NCBI GenBank assembly: GCA_951406725.2
Contig: OX597837.1
Span: 35,526,001-35,590,000, forward strand
Direction: 5' to 3'
Origin: Octopus vulgaris
Lineage: Eukaryota
DNA length: 64,000 nt
This document shows, piece by piece, positions 42,634-55,406 of the stretch. The notes under the pieces are model-generated. The model made no database searches. It saw nothing but the letters and a program-made list of their open reading frames with translations, and was not told where the DNA came from. The position numbers and the translations under genes were made by a program. Within the stretch, counting starts at the first letter, position 1; each line of letters begins with the position of its first letter.

Positions 42634-42924
42634 TATATATATATGTGTGTGTATATATACAAAGAGAATGGAGGTAGATGAAAAGTGAAATATACAAAGA
42701 TCAGACAATACTATTAAAAGAAAAATCAAGGTATTTTAGCTAACATTGAATAAATACAATGTGTGAAAATATATAAGTACAAGAAGATGGGGACAAGAGG
42801 CACAATAATGTCTGAAACTTGTGGAACACATTAAAAATTTTTTAAGAAAAAGTAAACCTTGAAACAATACATATAAGTGTTTACCTGTACATACATGCCA
42901 AAATAGAAAAACACATCTTCAGAC

Positions 42925-42956
<32 letters not shown>

Positions 42957-44101
42957 TTCTTTACTACCCACAAGGGGCTAAACACAGAGGGGACAAACAA
43001 GGACAGACAAACGGATTAAGTCGATTATATCGACCCCAATGCGCAACTGGTACTTAATTTATCGACCCTGAAAGGATGAAAGGCTAAGTCGACCTCGGCG
43101 GAATTTGAACCCAGGACGTAGCGGTAGACGAAATACGGCTACGCATTTTGCCCGGCGTGCTAACGATTCTACCAGCTCGCCGCCTTTATATATATATATA
43201 TATATATTCATACACACACGCATGCACATGACTGTACATACACGCATAGATACACACACACTTCATTTCATGTTGCTCCAGTCCCCCTTTCGATTAGAGG
43301 GAATGTTGATCTGCTCACAGGGTGGCATCATTCAAGGGTTAAAATGCATTGTGACCAGTGATGTATAGCGGCATCTGATAGTCTGGGCGATCATGTGATA
43401 CACACACACACATATAAACACATAAATAAATGTACACATACATATGAGTACAAGCAAAGATACATATATAGGAATGGCTGTGTGGTAAGTAGCTTGCTTA
43501 CGAACCACATGGTCCTAGGTTCAGTCCCACTGTGTGGCACCTTGGACAAGTGTCTTCTACTATAGCCTCGAGCTGACCAAAGCCTTGTGAGTGGATTTGG
43601 TAGACAGAAACTGAAAGAACCCCGTCGTATATATGTGTGTGTTTGTGTGTATGTATGTATATATGTGTGTGTATATGTTTGTGTGTCTGTGTTTGTCCCC
43701 CCAACATCACTTGACAACTGATGGCGGTGTGTTTACATTCCCGTAACTTAGTGGTTCAGCAAAAGGGGCCGATAGAATAAGTCCTGGGGTCGATTTGCTC
43801 AACTAAAGGCGGTGCTCCAGCATGGCCACAGTCAAATGACTGAAACAAGGAAAAGGGTATATATGCGTATAAATACGCTCTTTAGGACCCCCAGAATTAG
43901 CTGAGCTGGTTCTGTTTGTTGTTACAGATGATGTAAGAAGGATTTCTTTGCTATGAAACAAAACAAAACAAAACAAAAAAAAAAACCCCAACAAAACACA
44001 AAATAAGTACTGTATTTGATTTGTTCAACTAAAAGCTCTTTGAGGCAGTACTCCAGCATGGGCACAGTGTGGTGACTGAAACAAGCAAATGACATACTTA
44101 C

Positions 44102-44205
44102 ACTGCAACTATAAACACTTGCAATTTCTTTAAATTTTCTGCCTTCAAAAGGATGGGTGCCGCATCTTTCGAGTAAGTGTCAACATCATTGGTTTGCTTT
44201 TGAAG
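44102..44205 (-). CDS. PIGU: PIGU coding exon 5 (LQKQTNDVDTYSKDAAPILLKAENLKKLQVFIVA+2 nt)
   Basis: Acceptor ttccag, donor gtaagt, 104 nt; phase 0 to 2 fits exon 6. Resembles PIG-U KKQ...Y..D...L. Confidence 0.85.
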
Positions 44206-44625
44206 CTGGAAGAGGAAGAGGATTGCAGGGGTTACAAAAAGGTGATAATGCTTTCTGCTACAGACACAAGGCCTGAAATTTGTGGTGGTAGTCGTGGTTG
44301 GGAGCAGGAGAAGAGTTGATTGCGTCGATCTCAATATGAACTTGGAAAATGGACAAAACGGCGAGCTGGCAGAAACGTTAGCACGCCGGGCGAAATGCTT
44401 AGCGGTATTTCGTCTGCGTTACGTTGTGAGTTCAAATTCTGCCGAGGTCGACTTTGCCTTTCATCCTTTCGGGGTCGATAAATTAAGTACCAGTTACGCA
44501 CTGGGGTCGATGTAATCGACTTAATACTTATGTCTGTCCTTGTTTGTCCTCTCTGTGTTTAGCCCCTTGTGGATAATAAAGAAATAGGAAAATGGACAAA
44601 ACGCTGCTAAACATTTCGTCTGGTG

Positions 44626-44835
44626 CAGTGGTTTTCAACCAGGGTTCCACGGAACCTTAGGGTTCCGCCAGTACAGTCCAGGGGTTCCGCAAGAAGTTAC
44701 AAAACTGCTAAAATCGGCAGTAATTTTTAAGTCTCCTGTGCAGATATGTGTGCATAAGACTATTAAATTATTGCACAGGGGTTCCTCGAGCCAGTGGAAT
44801 GTTTCCTTGGGGTTCCGCTCCAGCAAAAAGCACTG
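44626..44835. mobile_element. hAT-type MITE with 8-bp TSD gtctggtg
   Basis: CAGTGGTTTT...AAAAGCACTG termini; perfect 8-bp TSD. Confidence 0.88.
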
Positions 44836-45289
44836 GTCTGGTGTGATAACAGTTCTGCCCGCTGCTGCTGCTCCCCCCGCCACCACCAAGTAAAAGACAC
44901 ACACACACACATATACATACATACATACATGATGATGATGGCCGTCCACTCGTGACTGAGGAAGACCATTGCCGACCTTCAAGAACATTGTGCACTCTAG
45001 GACTAACTTATATTTTGCATTTGCGGCTCCGTTGGTGGCTAATGAGCCCTGCTCTTGACAAGCATACACGACTGCAAACATTGCAGACCAAGCTTTCCCC
45101 ATTCACTATATGAGCCGTGCGCTTTCGTGCAGCTCACTTAAGTTCTTCATGCTGGATACGTGCTCTCTCAAAAGTGTCGATCCTCTCCTTAACCTGCTTC
45201 CTCCATCTGTGGCTTAGGGCAACAGGTGAGACATGTGGCTGGAGCAAAGACCCAGCCAGGCAGCAACCCCCCGCAAAAGTAACCCAGTG

Positions 45290-46170
45290 GGGGAATGATA
45301 AGGTTGATAAGGGCAGTTAAGGCAAAGAGACAGGCTTGGAAAGACTGGAAAGATGAGGGTTGTAGAGAGTCCTACAGAATGGCTAGAAGTGTATCTAAGT
45401 ATGAGGAGTACTCGGCTGGAAGTGAAGCAGAGAGGAAGAGATCTGCACATGTGCTGCACGATGAGGATGAGTGGAGGGAAGTGTTTAAGATTGCAAGACA
45501 AAATGTAACGGAGACCAGAGATGTCATTGGTGAGAAGTGTATTTGGAAGGATGAAGGCAAATTCACCATCGATATGGAACAAAAGAAACTGGCGTGGAAG
45601 TTTTGTTATGAAAGGGTAGCTGAATGTAGGGGAATGCATAGAATAATAAGGGATTATTCTATGCTGATCCCAAAAAAAGGGACTGGCAATTCAAGTTGAC
45701 AGAACATGGCAGATAAAGTTATCAAGAAATTGAAGAAAGAAAAGCTGTGGATTCATCGGGGAGAATTGTAGAGAAAGCTTAAAATATCAGGGGAAGTGGG
45801 ATATAAAATTACTGCTTGGATAATTAACCCTTTAGCATTTAAACTGGCCATATCCGGCCAAAAGTATTCTGCCTGTTTTATATTCAAACTGGCCAGATCT
45901 GGTCTCTCACACCAGCCCTACAATATCGTTTTAAAAATTAACAGTTACCTCATCAAAATCTCATAGCCACAAGATAATGCGTGATTAGTTCAAAATGATG
46001 GATAAAAAAGGATTAATTTTGGCAGAATAATGCGAACACTAAAGGGTTAAGCAAGTTATTCAGGGGTATGTGATACTCAATGATTGATAAAGTGGTATCA
46101 TCGTAAACTGCAACAAGGGCATAGGTGATGCCTTAGTGACAAGAAAAAATTGTAAAGACATTTGCAGAAC
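45290..46170 (+). mobile_element. decayed RTE-like LINE fragment interrupted by a piggyBac-like MITE (45828-46046, TTAA TSD)
   Basis: ORF 45295-45699 (KRQAWKDWK...EVFKIARQ...DVIGEKCI...AWK..YE); TTAA-CCCTTTAG...CTAAAGGG-TTAA. Confidence 0.75.
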
Positions 46171-46355
46171 AAATATTTTTTATGAGATATATAGGCACAG
46201 GAGTGGCTGTGAGCTTGCTAACCAACCACATGGTTCCGGGTTCAGTCCCACTGCGTGGCACCTTGGGCAAGTGTCTTCTGCTATAGCCCCGGGCCGACCA
46301 ATGCCTTGTGAGTGGATTTGGTAGACGGAAACTGAAAGAAGCCTGTCGTATATAT

Positions 46356-46387
<32 letters not shown>

Positions 46388-48057
46388 ATGTGTGTTTGTG
46401 TGTCTGTGTTTGTCCCCCTAGCATTGCTTGACAACCGATGCTGGTGTGTTTACGTCCCCGTCACTTAGTGGTTCGGCAAAAGAGACCGATAGAATAAGTA
46501 CTGGGCTTACAAAGAATAAGTCTCGGGGTCGATTTGTTCAACTAAATGCGGTGCTCCAGCATGGCCGCAGTCAAATGACTGAAACAAGGAAAAGGAAAAA
46601 AGAATATCAAGTGCAGACTCAATGGAGGAAGGGGAGGAGGAGACTGGGAAAAGGAAACAGTGAACTTAAGAGGAGGAGGAGGATGAGGAGGATGAGGAGG
46701 TAAAGAAGCAGGCAGAGGAGAAAGAAGAGGAAGGACAAAGAAGAGGGTGGGGGTGGGTGGAAACAAATGGAGAAAGTAGAGGGAAGCAAAGGAAAATGAT
46801 ATGAAGGGAGGGAGGGAGGGAGGGAGGAGAAAAAGAAGAGGAAGAAGAAACAAAAGCAAAGAAAGAAAGACAGGGAATTTGTTGGGGGAGAAGGGACCTA
46901 AGAAAGGGGTCAAAAAGAAGAAGATTCATGCAACAAAATCGCCTGAAACCCTTTTGTCCCAATATGTCTTTCAATAAACTGGGTCATGTATCAAACTCAA
47001 CAATCGTCCTAGCCACCAATATCTATTTCTTTACTAGCCACAAGGGGCTAAACATAGAGGGGACAAACAAGGACAGACAAACGGATTAAGTCGATCATAT
47101 CGACCCCACTAGCTGGTACTTATTTAATCGACCCCGAAAGGATGAAAGGCAAAGTCGACCTCGGCGGAATTTGAACTCAAAACGTAGCAGCAGACGAAAC
47201 ACCTATTTCTTTACTACCCACAAGGGGCTAAACATAGAGGGGACAAACAAGGACAGACAAACGGATTAAGTCGATCATATCGACCCCAGTGTGTAACTGG
47301 TACTTATTTAATCGACCCCGAAAGGATGAAAGGCAAAGTCGACCTCGTAGGAATTTGAACTCAGAACATAGCGATGGTCGAAATACCTATTTCTTTACTA
47401 CCCACAAGGGGCTAAACATAGAGGGGACAAACAAAGACAGACATAGGTATTAAGTCGATTACATCTACCCCAGTGCGTAACTGGTACTTATTTAATCGAC
47501 CTTGAAGAGACGAAAGGCAAAGTCGACCTCGGCGGAATTTGAACTCAGAACGAAGCGGCAGACGAAATACTGCTAAGCATTTCGCCCGGCGTGCTAACAT
47601 TTCTGCCAGCTCGCCGCCTTCTTAGCCATCAATATCTTCATCATCATCATCATCGTCGTCGTCGTTTAATGTTTGTCTTCCATGCTGGCAAAGGAACAGG
47701 TGTTGGCATGAACCAATTGTATCTAAGTATGAGGAGTACTCGGCTGGAAGTGAAGCAGAGAGGAAGAGATCTGCACATGTGCTGCACGATGAGGATGAGT
47801 GGAGGGAAGTGTTTAAGATTGCAAGACAAAATGTAACGGAGACCAGAGATGTCATTTAGAATTGACGACAGGCCATTTATTTGGAAGGATGAAGGCAAAT
47901 TCACCATCGATATGGAACAAAAAGAAACTGGCGTGGAAGTTTTGTTATGAAAGGGTAGCTGAATGTAGGGGAATGCATAGAATAATAAGGGATTATTCTA
48001 TGCTGATCCCAAAAAAGGGACTGGCAATTCAAGTTGACAGAACAGACAACCACTCAC

Positions 48058-48120
48058 CAGATATCGGGCAAAAAGCTTAGCTATTTTCATAAGGAGAACT
48101 CCAGTGAGAGCATCAATGGC
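48058..48120 (-). CDS. PIGU: PIGU coding exon 4 (AIDALTGVLLMKIAKLFARYL)
   Basis: Homologous to PIG-U ITDALTAIAL. Acceptor ttcag, donor gtgagt, 63 nt, phase 0-0. Confidence 0.88.
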
Positions 48121-48209
48121 CTGAAGGCAGATAAAGTTATCAAGAAATTGAAGAAAAAAACTGTGGAAAGAAAACAAAACAAAATGATTGGAAGAGACAA
48201 ACAGATGCA

Positions 48210-49843
48210 TTTAGTGGACATAAAAACATGACCAACACTGGTTGACAAGTAGTGGTGGGGAGAACAAACAAACACACACACATATACATACCTGTGTATA
48301 TCTATGTATTCTAAGCGGATGTAGTTGAATGAATCAACCCGAGTCGCTTTTGTCAAACGAAGCTAGGGTTAGGAGGGACATAAAACACACCAACACTGGT
48401 TGACAAGTAGTGGTGGGAGAACAAACAAACACACACACACACACATTTACATACCTGTGTACATCTATGTATTCTAAGCGGATGTGTTGAATGAATCAAC
48501 CCGAGTCGCTTTTGCCGAACGGCTATGTTAGAGGGACATAAACACACCAACACTGGTTGACAAGTAGTGGTGGGAGAACAAACAAACACACACACATATA
48601 CATACCTGTGTATATCTATGTATTCTAAGCGGATGTGTTGAATGAATCAACCCGAGTCGCTTTTGTCAAACGGCTATGTTAGAGGGACATAAACACACCA
48701 ACACTGGTTGACAAGTAGTGGTGGGAGAACAAACAAACACACACACACACACATTTACATACCTGTGTACATCTATGTATTCTAAGCGGATGTGTTGAAT
48801 GAAATCAACCCGAGTCGCTTTTGCCCGAACGACTATGTTACAGGGACATAAACACACCAACACTGGTTGACAAGTAGTGGTGGGAGAACAGATACAAACA
48901 CACACACATATACATACCTGTGTATATCTATGTATTCTAAGCGGATGTGTAGAATGAAATCAACCTCAATCATATTCGAAGTGACATGCAGTAAATCTAA
49001 GACTATGTTAGAGGGACATAAACACACCAACACTGGTTGACAAGTGGTGGTGGGAGAACAAACAAACACACACACACACACACATATATGCATACCTATG
49101 TACATCTATGTATTCTAAGCGGATATGTTGAATGAATCAACCTCAGTCGTTTTTGCCGAGCCGGCTATGTTACAGGGACATAAACACACCAACACTGGTT
49201 GACAAGTAGTGGTGGGAGAACAGATACAAACACACACACATATACATACCTGTGTATATCTATGTATTCTAAGCGGATGTGTTGAATGAAATCAACCCCA
49301 GTCGCTTTTGCCGAATGGCTATGTTACAGGGACATAAACACACCAACACTGGTTGACAAGTGGTGGTGGGAGAACAAACAAACACACACACATATACATA
49401 CCTGTGTACATCTATGCATTCTAAGCGGATGTGTTGAATGAATCAACCTAAAAGGAAAAAACAAAAAAACAAAACAAAATGAGACAGGGACATAAACACA
49501 CCAACACTGGTTGACAAGTGGTGGTGGGAGAACAAACAAACACACACACATATACATACCTGTGTACATCTATGCATTCTAAGCGGATGTGTTGAATGAA
49601 TCAACCTAAGTCGCTTTTGCCGAACGGCTATGTTACAGGGACATAAACACACCAACACTGGTTGACAAGTGGTGGTGGGAGAACAAACAAACACACACAC
49701 ACATATACATACCTATGTACATCTATGTATTCTAAGCGGATGTGTTGAATGAATCAACCTCAGTCGCTTTTGCCAAACGGCTATGTTACAGGGACATAAA
49801 CACACCAACACTGGTTGACAAGTAGTGGTGGGAGAACAAACAA

Positions 49844-49876
<33 letters not shown>

Positions 49877-49946
49877 TACCTATGTACATCTATGTATTCT
49901 AAGCGGATGTGTTGAATGAATCAACACTTGCTGACAGAACAAACAA

Positions 49947-49979
<33 letters not shown>

Positions 49980-50300
49980 CATACCTATGTACATCTATGT
50001 ATTCTAAGCGAATGTTATACACACACACACACACATAGATACATACAAGTAGTGGACATAAACACACCAAAAACACACCAACACTGGTTGACAAGTAGGT
50101 GGTAGGAGAACAAACAAACACAGTTGACATGACATATACATACCTGTGTACATCTATGCATTCTAAGCGGATGTGTTGAATGAATCAACCTCAAGTCGCT
50201 TTTGCCGAACGGCTATGTTACAGGGACATAAACACACCAACACTGGTTGACAAGTGGTGGTGGGAGAACAAACGCTTTTGCACGACACACTATGTTACAG
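48210..50300. repeat. SINE-derived tandem array, about 13 units of ~150-170 bp
   Basis: 'gggacataaacacaccaacactggttgacaag...ctaagcggatgtgttgaatgaatcaacc' recurs at about 48376, 48533, 48684, 48843, 49013 ... 50223. Part of the unit matches the family-B SINE 3' region in reverse. Confidence 0.9.
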
Positions 50301-50950
50301 GGACATGAATGATGTTCTGCATATTTATTTTTGGTATATTCCGGCAGATTCACACCTGAATATGCTAATCGCTTTTGTGCTTTTTGTTGCAGGAAAACAT
50401 CATCTTTATGACAAATATGTATTCGTAACAAACCTTGATTCTTCAGTACAAGCGTTTCTGAGACAGCTGCTGTTTCAACATTGTTGTGTCTCATCAGTAA
50501 GAAGCCCCCCGCCACCTCACGCTTCCCTGGATCAGTGAATCTAACAAGAGTTGATGCCCTTGGTAACAACATCAGTGAACAAACCGTTCACTGATATATC
50601 TGTTTCTTTATTACCCACAAGGGGCTAAACATAGAGGGGACAAACAAGGACAGACAAATGGATTAAGTCGATTACATCGACCCCAGTGTGTAACTGGTAC
50701 TTAATTTATCGTCCTCGAAAGGATGAAAGGCAAAGCCGACCTTGGCGGAATTCTTCTATCCAGCACATCGCCCTTGCCATCCTCTGAAGCAATGCTTTTT
50801 CCATTTTGTCCTCTGGAAGAACCATGGGGCAGACCGACAAGCGTGCCCTCCACCACCTTTTTTTTAGGTATTACTTGTTACTTTCTGTTGATCGCTTCTA
50901 ACCGATAATAGATAAAGCAAGAATCAAAAAGAAAGACTTCAGAAATTTAC

Positions 50951-51015
50951 CTCATGAAAAAGATCCCCAGAATAAGGAGAGACATTTTCTCTTGTGAGAA
51001 AGACACCTTCCATCA
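50951..51015 (-). CDS. PIGU: PIGU coding exon 2 ((M)MEGVFLTRENVSPYSGDLFHE)
   Basis: Carries the conserved VSPYSG..FHE motif. Acceptor tttcag, donor gtaaat, 65 nt; phase 1 to 0 fits exon 1. Confidence 0.93.
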
Positions 51016-51030
51016 CTGAAAGAAGAAGAA

Positions 51031-51068
<38 letters not shown>

Positions 51069-52426
51069 TAATAATAATACGGTAGCACGTAAAAAGCACC
51101 ATCCGATCCTGGCCGTTTGCCAGCCTCGCCTGGCACGTAAAAAGCACCCACTACATGCATGGAGTGGTTGGCGTTAGGAAGGGCATCCAGCCGTAGAAAC
51201 ATTGCCAGATCAAACTGGGCCTGGTGCAGCCTCCTGGCTTCCCAGACCCCAGCTGAACCGTCCAACCCATGCCAGCATGGAAAGCGGACGCTAAACGATG
51301 ATGATGATGATGAATAATAAATAACAACCTTTTCTACTATAGGCACTTGGCCTGACAAGTTTTGGGAGTATGACATCATCACAATGTGTTGAATGAATCA
51401 ACCTCAGTCGTTTTTGCCAAACGGCTATGTTAAACCCCAGTATTCAACTGGTTTTTAATTTATCGAACCCCAAAAGGATGAAAGGCAAAGTTGACCTCAG
51501 CGGAATTTGAACTCAGCATGTAGTGACAGGAGAAATACCGCTAAGCATTTCGCCCGGCATGCTAATGATTCTGCCAGCTCGCTGCCTTAATAATAATAAT
51601 AACAATATTCTAATTAGAAATAATTATGCAATGAGCAAAAGACAATTTGCATGTGTCTATGTTTTGCTGAGGAGGCCTAAAAAGGCTGGAACATGTTTTG
51701 AATCGGTTAGAAACAGTAGTGAAATCTCCTTCAAATCATACTTCACTGTGTTAAAAAAGGAAGGACAGGTTAGAGAGTGTACACCTGGATAAACTATACC
51801 TGAAAAAAAATTAAATAAATATAAAAATTTTTAAAAAGTGATGATTATGAGTAAGAAAAATAACATTCTTTTTACTTATTGCAGTTATTGGATTGCAGCC
51901 ATGCTGGAGCACTGCTCACACACACATATATACATACCTGTGTACATCTATGTATTCTAAGCGGATGTGTTGAATGAATCAACCTCAGTCGCTTTTGCCG
52001 AACGGCACTGACTCATAAGGGCCAGTTTTCCTGATTTCCATGGTGATTGTATTCCCCACCTGGATGGGACACTAGTCCATCGCAGGGTTACTCATTTTTG
52101 TCAGGTGAGTGGACTGGAGAAACATGAAATGAAGTGTTTTGCTCAAGAACACAATGCGTTGCCCAGTCCGGGTATTGAAGCCACAATCTTACGATCAGGT
52201 GTCCTACAGCCTAACCACTGAACCACACACTTCCACCTTCTGGGGGTTAGTGGAACAAATTGACCCCAGTACTTAATCTTTAAGTTGGTTAATTATTCTA
52301 TAAGTCTCTTTTGCTGAACTTAGCTCATGGGGATGTAAATAAACCAACATTAGTTGTCAAGTAATGTGGAGACAAACACATGCACAAACACACAGACACA
52401 CAAATATATATGTGTGTGTGTGTGTG

Positions 52427-52463
<37 letters not shown>

Positions 52464-52752
52464 AGGCGCAATGGCCTAGTGGTTAGGGCAGCGGACTCGC
52501 GGTCGCAGGATCGCGATTTCGATTCCCAGACTGGGCGTTGTGTGTGTTTATTGAGCGGAAACACCTAAAAGCTCCACGAGGCTCCGGCAGGGGGTGGTGA
52601 TCCCTGCTGTACTCTTTCACCACTCTTTCTTCTGTTGGCCTGCTCGCTTAGCCAGCGGGGTGGCGTCATTCGAAGGCTAAAACAAAGCGAACGCATTGTG
52701 ACCAGCGATGTGTAACAACATCTGATGGTCTGGTCGGTCACGTGATCACGTG

Positions 52753-52831
<79 letters not shown>

Positions 52832-53881
52832 AATACAGAGGGAGTTTAAAATTTATGACAGCTGCTTCGGCAGTAATTTATCGATGTATTCACAGATTAC
52901 ATCATAGCATATACTCCACAGGTTAAATTTTCAACAGGTATACCGCAAATGTGAACTCTATGTTATTGTTCCTAGCCATCTGTGGTGTCCTACATGTTGA
53001 TGGGCCTAGATTCTAATGCCGAATCTCTTAATACAAACACATATATGACAGTAAATTGTCAAAGGTCTCAGTAGGAGATTTGCTGTGCTTAGGACGACAT
53101 GTCAAGCTAAGTGCAATTGCAGTCACAGCCAGTGCTGGTGACATGTGAAAAGCAGCCACGCCAGTGACATGTGAGGCTCTCATGATCACACACAACCGAG
53201 TTTAGGCTTAGCAGCCCTTCTTGTTTGTTTTCACTGTCCTGTTTTTGTCACCCATCTCGACCCTCCGCAAGATCGCAAATTTTATTTAATTTGCTTTGCA
53301 GGAGCATTGACTGTTCCATTGAAACAGTCGTGATCGTTTGTCTTGTGAAAAAAGGCCCTTATTCCATGTCTCGAAATACGTGATTAGAAAAACATGTCGA
53401 CAACTGATGAAGGGTCGTGCCTTGTGTTATTGTCTTGCTTTCCATTTGTTTTTTCTTTTTTGTTTGCAAAAAGGCCCTTATTCCATGTCCTTGTACACTT
53501 TGTATTTTTGTTGTTTATGTTTTGTGACGTCCTATGCCCACATATGCATGTGTATATATGTATATATATGCATACATATATATTATTTATATTATTATTA
53601 TATATATAGTGAAGGCGCATGGCTCAGTGGTTAGAGTGTCGAGCTTACGATAGCGAGTTCAAATCCAGGACCAGGCTGAGTGTTGTGTTCTTGATCAAGA
53701 CACTTTATTTCACCAACATCACTGGTGCCAAGCTGTATCTGTCCCTTTGCCTTTCACTTCTAACCACAACTGAGCCATGCTAGCATAAATATGTTCCTGA
53801 TGTAACCCGTTCTCTCTCTCTTTCTCTCTGAAGACTATCACGTCATCAACAGCAATAAGATTAGTTTCAGAAAAAACTTAC

Positions 53882-53953
53882 CAGGAACACAAGATAGTCG
53901 CTCTGTCCAAATATTTCCAGCATAACATTTGAGAATTTCAACATAAGAGGTGT
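53882..53953 (-). CDS. PIGU: PIGU coding exon 3 (TPLMLKFSNVMLEIFGQSDYLVFL); lies transcriptionally upstream of exon 2 in this assembly
   Basis: TPL...LVF matches the PIG-U segment that follows FHE. Acceptor ctttcag, donor gtaagt, 72 nt, phase 0-0. Confidence 0.82.
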
Positions 53954-53962
53954 CTGAAAGAG

Positions 53963-53997
<35 letters not shown>

Positions 53998-55327
53998 AAG
54001 AAGAAGAAGAATTGGAAGAAGAAGAAGAAGAAGAAGAAGAAGAAGAAGAAAAAGAAAAAGAAGAAGAATCCTTTCTACTATAGGCACAAGGCCTGAAATT
54101 TTGAGGGAGGAGATGAGTCAATAACATCACCCAGTGCATAACTGGTACTTAATTTATTGCCCCCCCCCAAGGATGAAAGCAAAGTGGAATTTGAACTCAG
54201 AATGTAAAGACAGACAACAGGCTGCTGAATATTTTGTCTGGTGTACTAATGATTCTGCTAACTTGCCGCCAATAACAACAACAGACCATTCTACTGGGTG
54301 GTTGGTGTTAGGAAGGGCATTCAGCTGTAAAAAACCATGCCGAAACAGAGACACAGATGTCTGGTGCAGGCTCCCTCCTGACCAGCTCCTGTCAACCTGT
54401 CCAACCCATGCCAACATGGAAAGCAGACTTTCGTTACTGTATTTATTTTGAGATGCTCTGTGTTTCTTTCAATTACTTTAAATATATCAAATAATTTAGT
54501 AAAATAACTTAGTTATCATTAAGCTGGTGTTAGGAACATAAATTGTGACTAAGGTTTGGTGGAAGATTTTAATTCAAAACTTATGAAAACAAGACATTTG
54601 TACTCAGAGCCAGAGCCGGTTTCAGCCGGGTTGGTAACGAAAGGGTTAAATAATGATGTTGATGATGAAACCCTTTCTACCACAGGCAAAGGGCTTGATA
54701 TTTTGGGGGAGGGGGTAGCAGAAGCAAATAAGAAAGAAACCGGCTTATAGAAAACGGTAAATTGTCATATGCATGGCAAACAGCAAGAATCACTCTTGGT
54801 TGGCACCAGGAAGGCCTGAATTTTTATGGGGAGGAGGAAGGTTGATCACATCGCCTGGTGCGGCTACCCAGTTCCAGTCAAACCATCTTACCCATGCCAG
54901 CATGGAAAATGGATGCTAAATGATGATGATGATGATGATATGATAGGCTTCCACACAGTTTCTTATTTCTTTACTGCCCACAAGGGGTTACACACAGAGG
55001 GGACAAACAAGGACAGACAAACGGATTAAGTCGATTATAACGACCTCAGTGTTTGGGGTTAGTAAAAAAAGAAATTAAAAAAAAGTAAAGTTTCCTTTTT
55101 GAGTCATGACATTGGTGGAATTTGAACTCAGAACGCCCAGTCCGGGTATTGAAGCCACAATCTTACGATCAGGTGTCCTACAGCCTAACCAACGGATTAA
55201 GTCGATTATATCGAACCCAGTGCATAACTGGTACTTATTTACTCGACCCCAAAAGGATGTGTGTGTGTATATATATATATATAAACTCAGAACGTAGCGG
55301 CAGACTGGTCGGTCACGTGATCACGTG

Positions 55328-55406
<79 letters not shown>

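Noticed and set aside
53340-53500. CTGATGA at ~53404 with a nearby GAAA and a 23-bp direct repeat
   Set aside because: I could not build hammerhead stems around it; the GAAA lies upstream without convincing pairing.
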